Shown here piece after piece: positions 35,732 to 44,921 of a stretch of DNA of 64,000 nucleotides. Every line of letters starts with the position of its first letter. The stretch's first letter is position 1. The notes under the pieces are model-generated. The model ran no database searches, was not told where the DNA came from, and worked only from the letters and a program-made list of their open reading frames with translations. The translations under genes were made by a program, and so were the position numbers. Source of the stretch: an uncultured Christensenellaceae bacterium (lineage in GTDB: Bacteria > Bacillota > Clostridia > Christensenellales > DTU072); the NCBI GenBank assembly GCA_964432485.1, contig CAYSNP010000003.1, positions 20,232 through 84,231 of the forward strand, written 5' to 3'.

Positions 35732-37237
35732 ATGCTAAAGAAATTAGGATATAAGCTATTTGGGCTTACGCCCCAAGACGACCTTCAGCCCAAAGAGGCA
35801 ATTAGCTATAGCATTGCAGGTTTTGGGCAAAATCTAATTTGCGGATTTGTAAGCTCTTATTTAGTTTACTATATGACCAATGGGCTGCTTATTAGTGCTG
35901 TTACCGTAGGCTTTATTATGCTGGCAGTAAGACTTTTTGATGCGCTAAATGACCCGATTATGGGTAGCATTGTGGACCGCACCCGCTCCAAATGGGGCAA
36001 GTGCAGACCTTATTTGCTATTTATGCCCATTCCTATTGGCATATTTACTGTTTTGCTTTATTTGCCGCTTTCTCCTCAAAGTGCCAATACAGTTACTATA
36101 GCCACCGCTATTTATGTATTGTGGAGCATTTTTTATACCATAGTGGATGTGCCTTATTGGGGGCTGGCTTCTTCAATGACTTCGGATACCCTGCAAAGAG
36201 GCAATATGCTGACTATAGCCAGGATTGCTTGCACCTTAGGCGGTGGGGTTATTGCTGTTGCAGTACCTATTCTTTCTAATTACTGGATAAAAGACTTTAC
36301 CGATGCGGAAGGCAATATTGTAGCAGGCATGGAGCAAACTGCCGCCGCCGCGCTGCGCTCTAACTATATTTGGTTGGCATTGGCAATCGTGCTGCTTGCG
36401 CTGCCTACTTTCTACATAGGGTTTAAGTATACTAAAGAGCGTTTTTACGCGCAAAGCAAGCCTGCCTCGCTAGGTCATAACTTGGGGTTAATCTTCAAAA
36501 ACAAGCCGCTGATGCTTATTATTTTAAGCGGTATTTTAGGTTCTGCAAAGCTGCTGTATTTGGCAAGCGGCATTTATATTGCACAATACAACCTTGCCAG
36601 TGTAGAGTTTTTGGGTATGAGCGGCATTGCGCTTTTTACTGTTATTACCTTTGCAATAGTGCCGGGCGGCTTTTTAGCCAGCGTGCTGACCCCATACTTT
36701 ACTAAAAAAATCGGCAAAAGGAATATCTTTATATACTCGCATATTATGGGCGCAATAGTTTTGGTAGCTATGTATTTAATTGGTTGGGATGCGCCTTGGA
36801 AACTTGCTCTCAATCTTGTCGGGCTAGCTTTGGTTGGCATACCGGGCGGCTTTTCTAATATCCTTACCTATGCAATGATAGCCGACAGCATAGATTATCT
36901 GGAATGGAAAACAGGCGAAAGAGCGGAGGGGATTTGCTTTTCTATGCAAACCTTGATTAATAAAATAGGTATGGCGGCAGGAGCGGCTGTTACTTGTTTT
37001 GGGTTGGGATGGGCAAAAATATCTGCAAGCGATACTTCCAGTATTACCAAAGATGGGCTGGATATTTTGTTTTTGGTATCTGTCCTTATCCCCGGTATAA
37101 GCATGGCTCTTTCGGTTGTTCCGCTTTTCTTTTATAAGTTCGACGAAGGCAGTCAAGCGCTTGCGGTTGCAGAAGTAGCTAAAAGAAAACAACAAGCTCA
37201 AGTTACCGAAGTTGACTATTATAGAATAGAATATTAA
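35732..37237 (+). CDS. glycoside-pentoside-hexuronide (GPH):cation symporter family transporter
   Basis: 501 aa, about 12 TM helices. GPH signature region RLFDALNDPIMGSIVDRTRSKWGKCRPYLL. Confidence 0.8.
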   Translation: MLKKLGYKLFGLTPQDDLQPKEAISYSIAGFGQNLICGFVSSYLVYYMTNGLLISAVTVGFIMLAVRLFDALNDPIMGSIVDRTRSKWGKCRPYLLFMPIPIGIFTVLLYLPLSPQSANTVTIATAIYVLWSIFYTIVDVPYWGLASSMTSDTLQRGNMLTIARIACTLGGGVIAVAVPILSNYWIKDFTDAEGNIVAGMEQTAAAALRSNYIWLALAIVLLALPTFYIGFKYTKERFYAQSKPASLGHNLGLIFKNKPLMLIILSGILGSAKLLYLASGIYIAQYNLASVEFLGMSGIALFTVITFAIVPGGFLASVLTPYFTKKIGKRNIFIYSHIMGAIVLVAMYLIGWDAPWKLALNLVGLALVGIPGGFSNILTYAMIADSIDYLEWKTGERAEGICFSMQTLINKIGMAAGAAVTCFGLGWAKISASDTSSITKDGLDILFLVSVLIPGISMALSVVPLFFYKFDEGSQALAVAEVAKRKQQAQVTEVDYYRIEY

Positions 37238-37283
37238 GATATGGTATCCCAAAAGGCTAAAATAAGTATACCAAACTTTAGAA

Positions 37284-38828
37284 TTAGTTTTTAATATCAA
37301 AAACTTTATTGCAAATGCTTTCGGCGAATTCTCGTTCGTGGCTCACTAATATTATAGCTCCGGAGAAAGCTACCAGCGCATCTTTTAATGCTTGCTTTGC
37401 TTTTATGTCAAGATGATTGGTAGGTTCGTCCAATAGCATAATGTTGCTTTTATGCTGTGTAAGGCAAGCTAGCTTAATGCGCACTTGCTCACCTCCGCTA
37501 AGGTTGGCAATGGGCTTGGTCGCAAGCTCTCCTTTTATCCCCACCTTAGCCAGCAAAGCCCTTTGCTGTTTAGCATTTAAGCGGGGGAACAGCTCATTAA
37601 TATAAGTTACCGCATTTACTTGCGTGGAGTAAAACTCAATATCTTGCTCTAAATAATTTATTTGCTTTTGTATATGAAACTTAAAACTGCCGCCTAGCTT
37701 TTTAATCTTTTGTACTAAAGTCTTTAACAAGGTGGTTTTGCCTATACCGTTTGTCCCTCTTACCCATAGCTTGTCATTTCCTTTCAAATGCAAGCTAATG
37801 GGGGGCAAAATTGGTTTAGCGTACCCTATTGTTAAGTCCTTTACTATCAACATATCCAAAGTATGTATCGGCTCGCAAGGAAAATCGAAATGCGCTTCAT
37901 ACACTTGAGTCGGCTTTTCTATCAGCTGTATACGCTCCAATTGCTTTTTACGGCTGTTTGCCATACCCGCAGTAGCCGCTCTAACCTTATTGCGGGCGAT
38001 ATAGTCTTCCATTTTTGCAATTTCTCTTTGCTGACGCAAATAACTTTCCTTATATTGCTTTGCAATTTGTTCCCTTTGCGCCATAAAAGATTGGTAATTG
38101 CCTGTAAACTTCTTTATCCCTCCATTTTCTATATTTATAATATATTTGCAAGTGCTGTTAAGAAAAGCTGTATCGTGGCTAATAAGCATAAAAGTGCCCG
38201 CAAATGTATTTAGGTAGTTTTTTAGCCATTCTATATGCTCAATGTCCAGAAAATTAGTAGGCTCGTCCAGCAGCATAATATCCAGATTCTCAAGTAAAAT
38301 CTTGGCAAGCATAAGTTTTGCCCTTTCCCCTCCGCTTAACTTGCCAATATGAGTTTCATAGCCAATTACACCTAGTCCTAGACCATTGGCTACTTTTTTT
38401 ATCTCTGCGTCTAAATCATAAAAACCTGCCAAAAGCAGCATATCTTGCAAGCGTGCGCTTTTTGCAATTAGTTTATCAAGCGCTACCGCTTCTTGCTCAT
38501 CTGCCATTGCTGCATATAACTCTTGTAAGGCGGCATCCGTATCGTATAGGTAGCCAAAAGCAGTACGCAAGTAATCTATCACACTAAGGTTGCCTTCTAT
38601 ATCAACATGCTGGTCCAGATAGCTCCAGCGTATACCGGACAGCCAAATAACTTCGCCGGAATCTTGAGGGAGCTTGCCTGCAATTATATTTATAAAAGTA
38701 GATTTGCCCGCACCGTTAAGCCCCACTATCCCAATATGCTCTCCCTTGTTTACCTTAAAGCCGGCATTGTTAAATAGAGGTTTGTTATCGAATTGATGGG
38801 TCAGCCCTTTTACTTCAAGTATACTCAT
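37284..38828 (-). CDS. ABC-F family ATPase (two fused ABC domains, no TM domain)
   Basis: Walker A motifs GLNGAGKST and GTNGIGKTT, two LSGGE signatures, and an inter-domain linker (QREIAKMEDYIARNKVRAATAGMANSRKK). Confidence 0.85.
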   Translation of the reverse strand: MSILEVKGLTHQFDNKPLFNNAGFKVNKGEHIGIVGLNGAGKSTFINIIAGKLPQDSGEVIWLSGIRWSYLDQHVDIEGNLSVIDYLRTAFGYLYDTDAALQELYAAMADEQEAVALDKLIAKSARLQDMLLLAGFYDLDAEIKKVANGLGLGVIGYETHIGKLSGGERAKLMLAKILLENLDIMLLDEPTNFLDIEHIEWLKNYLNTFAGTFMLISHDTAFLNSTCKYIINIENGGIKKFTGNYQSFMAQREQIAKQYKESYLRQQREIAKMEDYIARNKVRAATAGMANSRKKQLERIQLIEKPTQVYEAHFDFPCEPIHTLDMLIVKDLTIGYAKPILPPISLHLKGNDKLWVRGTNGIGKTTLLKTLVQKIKKLGGSFKFHIQKQINYLEQDIEFYSTQVNAVTYINELFPRLNAKQQRALLAKVGIKGELATKPIANLSGGEQVRIKLACLTQHKSNIMLLDEPTNHLDIKAKQALKDALVAFSGAIILVSHEREFAESICNKVFDIKN

Positions 38829-38838
38829 TTGTTACCTT

Positions 38839-39567
38839 TTAGTGAAATCCGCCATCCACAGCCAAGACTTGACCGGTGATATAGCTTGCCTCTTTTCCTG
38901 CTAAAAAGAACACAGCTTCTGCCACATCTTCAGGAGTGCCTAGCCTCCCCATAGGGATAGCTAGGGTAAGATTAGCTATTTCGTCCTTGCTAAGGTAAGA
39001 GTTCATTTTGGTAGCAATCACCCCGGGCGCAACCGCATTTACGGTAATACCGCAAGGCGCAAGCTCATAGGCAAGAGAGCGTGTAAGTCCTATTAAGGCA
39101 TGCTTGCTGGCACTGTATAAACTTTCCATACAAGCTCCCTTTATACCCCAAATGCTGCTAATATTGACAATGCGCCCTCCTTGCTCTCTCATATAAGGCG
39201 AAAGCAATTTGCAAAACAAAAAAGCGCTTCTAAAATTGATATTCATCACTTCATTATATTCTTGAGCAGTAGTTTCTGCTAGCAAAGCTCTTTTCGGTAT
39301 CCCACAGTTGTTAATAAGGATACCTATACTACCGTAATTGGTAACAATTTGGGTGCATATTTCTTCTATTTCTTGAGGGTTTTGCACATCACAATGATAC
39401 CCATAATGCATAGTTTGGTATCCCGAAAGCATATCTTTTAACAATGCTGCTTCTTTTTCACTTTTATTAAAAGTATAGAAAATATTATAGCCGGCTCCTG
39501 CAAATTTTAAGGCAATAGCCTTGCCTATACCTGTTGCTCCGCCTGTAATTAGCACATTTTGCTTCAT
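38839..39567 (-). CDS. short-chain dehydrogenase/reductase, FabG-like
   Basis: TGGATGIGKA Rossmann motif, NNCG, catalytic YSASK, 242 aa. Substrate is not inferable. Confidence 0.75.
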   Translation of the reverse strand: MKQNVLITGGATGIGKAIALKFAGAGYNIFYTFNKSEKEAALLKDMLSGYQTMHYGYHCDVQNPQEIEEICTQIVTNYGSIGILINNCGIPKRALLAETTAQEYNEVMNINFRSAFLFCKLLSPYMREQGGRIVNISSIWGIKGACMESLYSASKHALIGLTRSLAYELAPCGITVNAVAPGVIATKMNSYLSKDEIANLTLAIPMGRLGTPEDVAEAVFFLAGKEASYITGQVLAVDGGFH

Positions 39568-39706
39568 TTTTTCTCCTTTTTGCTTAAAAAATCGTTCATA
39601 TTATAGCCCAAAACGCTTACTTTTGCAATAAAATCGTTAAGTTTTAGCAAAAAAGTCCCTTAAATGCTTTTTTTGATACTCTAAACTACAGGTTTGCAAC
39701 CTATGG

Positions 39707-39735
39707 TTGACATCTAATTTTGACTTTGTTATAAT
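39707..39735 (+). promoter_or_regulatory. consensus promoter (TTGACA-17-TATAAT with TG extension)
   Basis: ttgaca tctaattttgactttgt tataat, located 37 nt upstream of the ABC ATPase ATG. Confidence 0.65.
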
Positions 39736-39771
39736 AGCGTTATCAATAACTTTTAAGAAGGTAAGTATCCT

Positions 39772-40497
39772 ATGTTGGAAATTAAAAATCTATACAAGAA
39801 GTACCTCAACAGCGAAAGATTTGCAGTCGAGAATTTAAGTCTTGAACTTAAAGAAGGAGAAATTTTTGGATTCCTCGGAAAAAACGGTGCAGGCAAAAGC
39901 ACCACATTAAAATGCGTTACAGGGATATATCCTTTTAACGGTGGCTCAATCAAGGTATGCGGCAAAGACATAAGGGAAGAAAGTATCGATGCCAAACTCA
40001 ATATGGGATATGTGCCGGACAATCACAGCGTTTATGAAAAACTCACCGGCAGGGAATATATTAATTATATTGCCGACCTTTACAGGGTCAGCAAGTTTGA
40101 TAGGATGGAACGCTTTACAAGGTTTGTAAAAATGTTTCGCCTTTCTCATGCGGTAGATACACAAATCAAATCTTACTCTCACGGTATGAAGCAAAAGATT
40201 TGCATAATTGCGGCGCTTATTCACCAACCCCGCCTTTGGGTGTTGGACGAACCTATGATGGGGCTAGACCCCCAATCTATGGTAGAGATTATCAGTTACA
40301 TGCGGGAGCATTGCAAGCAAGGCAATACTGTGTTCTTTTCGTCGCACAATTTGGACCTTGTTGCCAAGCTATGCGATAGGGCAGCTATTATCCATGAGGG
40401 CAAGTTGCATGATATAATTGACCTTACTGTCAAAGGCAATAAGGAAACATTGGAAGAAGACTTCCTTTCTATAACTAGGGAAGAAGAGGAGGGTTAA
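39772..40497 (+). CDS. ABC transporter ATP-binding protein
   Basis: Walker A GKNGAGKST, signature-like YSHGMKQK, Walker B LWVLDEP, H-loop SSHNL. Confidence 0.88.
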   Translation: MLEIKNLYKKYLNSERFAVENLSLELKEGEIFGFLGKNGAGKSTTLKCVTGIYPFNGGSIKVCGKDIREESIDAKLNMGYVPDNHSVYEKLTGREYINYIADLYRVSKFDRMERFTRFVKMFRLSHAVDTQIKSYSHGMKQKICIIAALIHQPRLWVLDEPMMGLDPQSMVEIISYMREHCKQGNTVFFSSHNLDLVAKLCDRAAIIHEGKLHDIIDLTVKGNKETLEEDFLSITREEEEG

Positions 40498-40499
40498 GG

Positions 40500-42143
40500 A
40501 TGAAGAGTACCTATACCCTGTTAAAGTTAGAGTTTAGGAATAACTTTGGCGTTTTTTCTTTAAAAGATAAAAAGATGGTGAAAAAAACTATAGGCACAGC
40601 TGTCTTTGTGATAGTCTTTTATCTTTTTCTTTTATGGGCAAGCGAAGTATTGTTTGAAATGTTTGCAAAAGAAGGGCTGGCTTATGAGATTCTGGTATTC
40701 TTATTTACAGCTATGTTCCTGTTCTTTGTGCTCTCAGGTATTTCCAGTACATCTAAGGTATTGTATTACAAGGGCGATAACGAAATGCTTATGCGCCTGC
40801 CTGTCAAGGGATACGAAGTTTTTATTTCCAAAACCCTATACCTTATTATTAATCAAATCCTATTAACAGGTGTAGTGCTTGTCCCTGTTATGTTTGCTTA
40901 CTCTAATGTGGTAGAAGTGCCTAAGCAATTTCTAAAGCTAATCCCTGCGGCAACTGCATTTATAGTGTTTATACCCTTTTTTATCAGCAATCTGCTGGCT
41001 ATACCCGCTATGGTGCTCACCAATAAGATAAGGCATAGGTTTGGGCTTGTTATTGTAATTATGGTAATAGGCGTTACGGTTATGTTTACCGTTTATATGA
41101 TGCTCTTTGAAAGTATGGTAACCTACCTTAAAGGGCAAAGCTTTTCCGTATTTGACCCCGAAGTAGTGCAAGTATTTAAGCAAGTGGCAAGCTACTGCTA
41201 TCCTACTAAATACTTTGCCGACTTAGTGCTGCAAAGGAGTCCGGTTGTTGCTCTTTTCTTATTAATGCTAATTTCCTTATTCTTACTTTTCTTAAATATA
41301 CTTCTAGTCGTCTTTGTATATCAAAAGACTTTGCTTAAAAATATAGAAATAGAGGGCTCTGCATATCGTAAAAAGCGTGGGCGTTTTGTGCATCGTTCTA
41401 TCTTTTCCACTCTTTTAAGAAAGGAGTTTCTGCAGGTGTTGCGCTCTGTCAATTATTCTTTTCAATACTTTGTGCTTGCATTTTCTATGCCTGTAATGGT
41501 GTATTTCTGCAATGAGATAGCCATTAAGATTGGCCGCAATGATATAGGCGATAAGATTATATTAGGGCTTACCCTGCTGGTTATGCTTATCTTCAATACT
41601 GTAATTATCTCCTTTTCTGCCACCAGTATTACCCGAGAAGGGGACAATTTTTACCATACAAAAGTGATACCTGTATCCATCCGCAAACAACTAGCAGCTA
41701 AGTTTACTATGTATCTCTTTATTTCAATACTGGCAAATGCGGCAACTACCGCACTGATAATCTATCGAAAGCAAATTGGTTTGCTGGAAGGTGTTTGGCT
41801 CTTTGGAATCATACAATTTATAGGAATATCTTTGACCTTGCGTTCTATGAAAATGGATGTCAAGCGTCCTAAGTTCAATTTAAGCGGACAAGGTGAGTTG
41901 GTTAGCGGCAATGTAAATACTACCGCAAGTGTAGGTTTAGGCTTTGCTGTAAGTGTAATTATTGGCATCTTAGCTATGCTTATCTCTTATTTGCTGGACT
42001 CTTTCTTTGCTATCAACACTGAGGTGCTAAGTGTAGACCAATGGATGCTAGTAATTATTAGCGGTATTTCTCTTATCTTTGGTATATACTGCATACTCTC
42101 TTACCAAATCAACTTGAAGAAGCATTACAATAGAATCACGTAA
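40500..42143 (+). CDS. large polytopic membrane protein, putative permease partner of the ABC ATPase
   Basis: 547 aa, more than 10 hydrophobic helices. Starts 3 nt after the ATPase stop. I see no recognisable family motif. Confidence 0.6.
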   Translation: MKSTYTLLKLEFRNNFGVFSLKDKKMVKKTIGTAVFVIVFYLFLLWASEVLFEMFAKEGLAYEILVFLFTAMFLFFVLSGISSTSKVLYYKGDNEMLMRLPVKGYEVFISKTLYLIINQILLTGVVLVPVMFAYSNVVEVPKQFLKLIPAATAFIVFIPFFISNLLAIPAMVLTNKIRHRFGLVIVIMVIGVTVMFTVYMMLFESMVTYLKGQSFSVFDPEVVQVFKQVASYCYPTKYFADLVLQRSPVVALFLLMLISLFLLFLNILLVVFVYQKTLLKNIEIEGSAYRKKRGRFVHRSIFSTLLRKEFLQVLRSVNYSFQYFVLAFSMPVMVYFCNEIAIKIGRNDIGDKIILGLTLLVMLIFNTVIISFSATSITREGDNFYHTKVIPVSIRKQLAAKFTMYLFISILANAATTALIIYRKQIGLLEGVWLFGIIQFIGISLTLRSMKMDVKRPKFNLSGQGELVSGNVNTTASVGLGFAVSVIIGILAMLISYLLDSFFAINTEVLSVDQWMLVIISGISLIFGIYCILSYQINLKKHYNRIT

Positions 42144-42176
42144 ACCGATAAAAGGTGTCCCGTAAAGGTAACTAAT

Positions 42177-44921
42177 ATGAAAAAGTTTTTAATTGCTGTG
42201 CTATTAATCATCCCTATTGTAGTAATATTTGCTTTAATGCTTACTGGCGTAATTATTTCCAATACCATAAATGTCAATGCAGAACAAATGATTATCCACG
42301 ACATCAATGATAGCATATTTGATACCAAGCGCACTTATACCTTGCCTCTTGAGGGCGGAAAGCTGCAAATTATTATATTTATCTTGCCTGCAATCAGTTT
42401 TGATTCCGAAGTGGCATACGAATATACGGAAGACAGCGAGGGAGAAGTTGACCTTATCAAACAAGAGGGGCATAAATATGTTATTGTGCCTAAAAAAAGC
42501 GGTGAGGTTGGCTTAATTATATATCCTCGAAGCAATTACAACTTAAAGCAAGTTATCAATATATACATTACCAGCAATTATGTAACTGATTTTAATATAG
42601 CTGTAGATGAAAATCCTATACAAGGCACTCTTTTTATCAACAATAGCGTAAAATTGTATGCTTCTTTTTATCCTGCAGAGGCAATTGGAGCCAATATTAT
42701 CACTTGGCAAAGCAGCAACCCTTCCGCAGTGGCTGTAGATAAGAATGGACTGGCTAAAGTTAAAGGCAAAGGCAGCGCAATAATTAGTGCCAGCGTAACA
42801 GATATGGCAGATGTCAAGCGCACAGCACAAATTGAGGTAAGTACAGAGCAGGCAATTACCAAGCAAAAAACCGTTTATCTAAGCAACCAATTCAACAATG
42901 AGGATTGGGTGCTGGATAATTTGGTGCTGCATAATGGCGGTGATATAGAGATTGCTACTGTCGCCTCAAGCAGCGAGTTTACTACTTATAAGGTATTCCA
43001 AGGAGATAGAGAAGAAGAAATTAATGTATTTAATATCCCTGATGGCGAATGGGATATTCTTAACCGTGAAAACTTTTCCACAATTTACATAGATAATGGC
43101 GGCTACTTTTTAGAAGCCGCATATTTAGACTTTGCCGCTGCTCGCTCTTTGTCCCCTGTTTTTACATCCGGCAATGAAAATGTGCTAAAAGTAATGGCAT
43201 CAGGGATGCTAATGCCAATAAAACAAGGTATAGCTGTAGTCAGAGCCACAGTTGCCAACGGAGAATATAAAGAAATAGAAATCAAGGTATCTCATAGAGC
43301 CAATACCTTTGCGCTTAACCTTACCGAAGTGGACAATAAAGTAGGTATTAAGCTGGAAAGGGTATGGGGCTACAACTTTATTAGCGGCAGCCTTGACCCT
43401 CAAGATTATACCCATAGCCATACGCTCTTTTTTCATTCGGAATCTGCTACTTTTAGGGGCATAGTTATAGATGACTTTAAGCTATATTGGGAAGCCGACA
43501 ATTCTGACTATGCTACCGTAGGCCAAGACGGGCTTGTTACTTTTACAGAGCAGGCTTGCGGTAAAGATGTTAAGATACAAGCCTCCGAGTTAGTGCATGG
43601 GGTAAAAACCAAATTATCTAAAAGCTATACTTTTAGAGTGCTTGCAGATAAAGAAGCAGTTAATGTTTTTGAAGAAGATACTAACTTAGATGTAGGTAGT
43701 AGACGCAATATTATCAATTATTTATCAGATTACCGCAAAGTGCCAATAGCATTGCACACCGATATCTTTATAGAGATAGAAAAGCTTGCAGACTCTGTTT
43801 TTTATGCTCGTATTTCCAATTGCATTTATGGCAACGGATACACTATAAGTGCAGAAGGCTGGCCTAATAGATATGACAGTAGCTACAAGCCTATTGCCGG
43901 CAACGAAAAGGGCACCAGCCGTAATACAAGAGTATTTGATATTGTAGCTTCGCATATTAAGGCGGATTTGCCCGAGTTTGTTATAGAAAATCTATCTTTT
44001 AAAGGTGCGCCTATCTCAGGCGACAAAGCAGTAGAGTTAACGGACTTTAAGAATAGAGGTTCCGGCATAGATGTTAATATTAATAAAGACTATAAAGCCA
44101 CACCTATTAAGTTTAGGTACAATCATTTACGGTACTTTAATGATTGTATACATGCGTATTGCGCTCGTGGCGAGTACTCATATAATATTGCGGTAGAAGG
44201 CTCTATTATAGGAGATTGTCATGGTTTTCCTTTTTATATAGAGCAAAGGAATCATTATCCGGATAGCTATTTATTATTTAAGAATATAGTGTTTAAGCCA
44301 TCAATGGGTCCTTCTATGATGTATTTACCAATTACAATAGCCGGCAATATCACCTTGCAGGATATTCCTGATGAGATAAAAGTAAATGTTGCCATTGAAG
44401 GATTTATTGACAATTATAATTGGAAAAGAATTAATCAGTTAAGCTCTATTTTCATGGGTCTTTTAGATCCTTCATTTGTGGAAGGTTTTCCGGGAATAGA
44501 GGATGCATTGCAGGGTTTTCTAGGGGATGATTTAGAAAGGATTCTTAAAAAAGAAAAATATAACAATTTAAGATATACTGATAGTGAAGGTAAAGAGTGG
44601 GTCTCCTTAATGGGCTTTATTAATGGCATGTGGAATAGTATTGATCTTGGTACCATAACAATAAAAGAGCCTAACTATACTACATTAGAGTTGCCTATGC
44701 CTACTATTAAAGATGGTGGGATGGTCGGAGCGCTGTTGCTTATATTAAGATCTAGCTTTTCTATCCCCGTAGCGCCCGGGTCATCTACCAAAGAGGCACC
44801 GCCAATGGACAAGTCTTGTTATATTATTTCATATAAATTCAAAAATAATCAGCCTGCAATATTGCCCGGACAAGCTTGCCCAAGTGATGAGAACTTATTA
44901 AAACGCCTACAAGGTGAATAA
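42177..44921 (+). CDS. 914-aa membrane-anchored/secreted protein with a Big_2 Ig-like domain and a divergent C-terminal half (copy 1)
   Basis: N-terminal hydrophobic anchor (FLIAVLLIIPIVVIFALMLTGVII). Big_2-like ITWQSSNPSAVAVDKNGLAKVKGKGSAIISASVTD. C-terminal conserved end ILPGQACPSDENLLKRLQGE. Confidence 0.8.
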   Translation: MKKFLIAVLLIIPIVVIFALMLTGVIISNTINVNAEQMIIHDINDSIFDTKRTYTLPLEGGKLQIIIFILPAISFDSEVAYEYTEDSEGEVDLIKQEGHKYVIVPKKSGEVGLIIYPRSNYNLKQVINIYITSNYVTDFNIAVDENPIQGTLFINNSVKLYASFYPAEAIGANIITWQSSNPSAVAVDKNGLAKVKGKGSAIISASVTDMADVKRTAQIEVSTEQAITKQKTVYLSNQFNNEDWVLDNLVLHNGGDIEIATVASSSEFTTYKVFQGDREEEINVFNIPDGEWDILNRENFSTIYIDNGGYFLEAAYLDFAAARSLSPVFTSGNENVLKVMASGMLMPIKQGIAVVRATVANGEYKEIEIKVSHRANTFALNLTEVDNKVGIKLERVWGYNFISGSLDPQDYTHSHTLFFHSESATFRGIVIDDFKLYWEADNSDYATVGQDGLVTFTEQACGKDVKIQASELVHGVKTKLSKSYTFRVLADKEAVNVFEEDTNLDVGSRRNIINYLSDYRKVPIALHTDIFIEIEKLADSVFYARISNCIYGNGYTISAEGWPNRYDSSYKPIAGNEKGTSRNTRVFDIVASHIKADLPEFVIENLSFKGAPISGDKAVELTDFKNRGSGIDVNINKDYKATPIKFRYNHLRYFNDCIHAYCARGEYSYNIAVEGSIIGDCHGFPFYIEQRNHYPDSYLLFKNIVFKPSMGPSMMYLPITIAGNITLQDIPDEIKVNVAIEGFIDNYNWKRINQLSSIFMGLLDPSFVEGFPGIEDALQGFLGDDLERILKKEKYNNLRYTDSEGKEWVSLMGFINGMWNSIDLGTITIKEPNYTTLELPMPTIKDGGMVGALLLILRSSFSIPVAPGSSTKEAPPMDKSCYIISYKFKNNQPAILPGQACPSDENLLKRLQGE
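42240..43644 (+). repeat. ~1.4-kb tract apparently nucleotide-identical to 44985-46389 (offset 2745 bp)
   Basis: Spot comparisons at several positions match. The antisense ORF-track peptides are identical in both copies (for example 42307..42516 = 45052..45261 and 43209..43436 = 45954..46181). The first downstream difference is at 43645 (C) versus 46390 (A). Confidence 0.85.

Noticed and set aside
42125-42334. 69-aa minus-strand ORF duplicated at 44849..45079, together with the other duplicated antisense ORFs inside the tandem genes
   Set aside because: They are antisense to the large Big_2 genes. They are duplicated only because the sense sequence is duplicated. They were useful solely as evidence of nucleotide identity.
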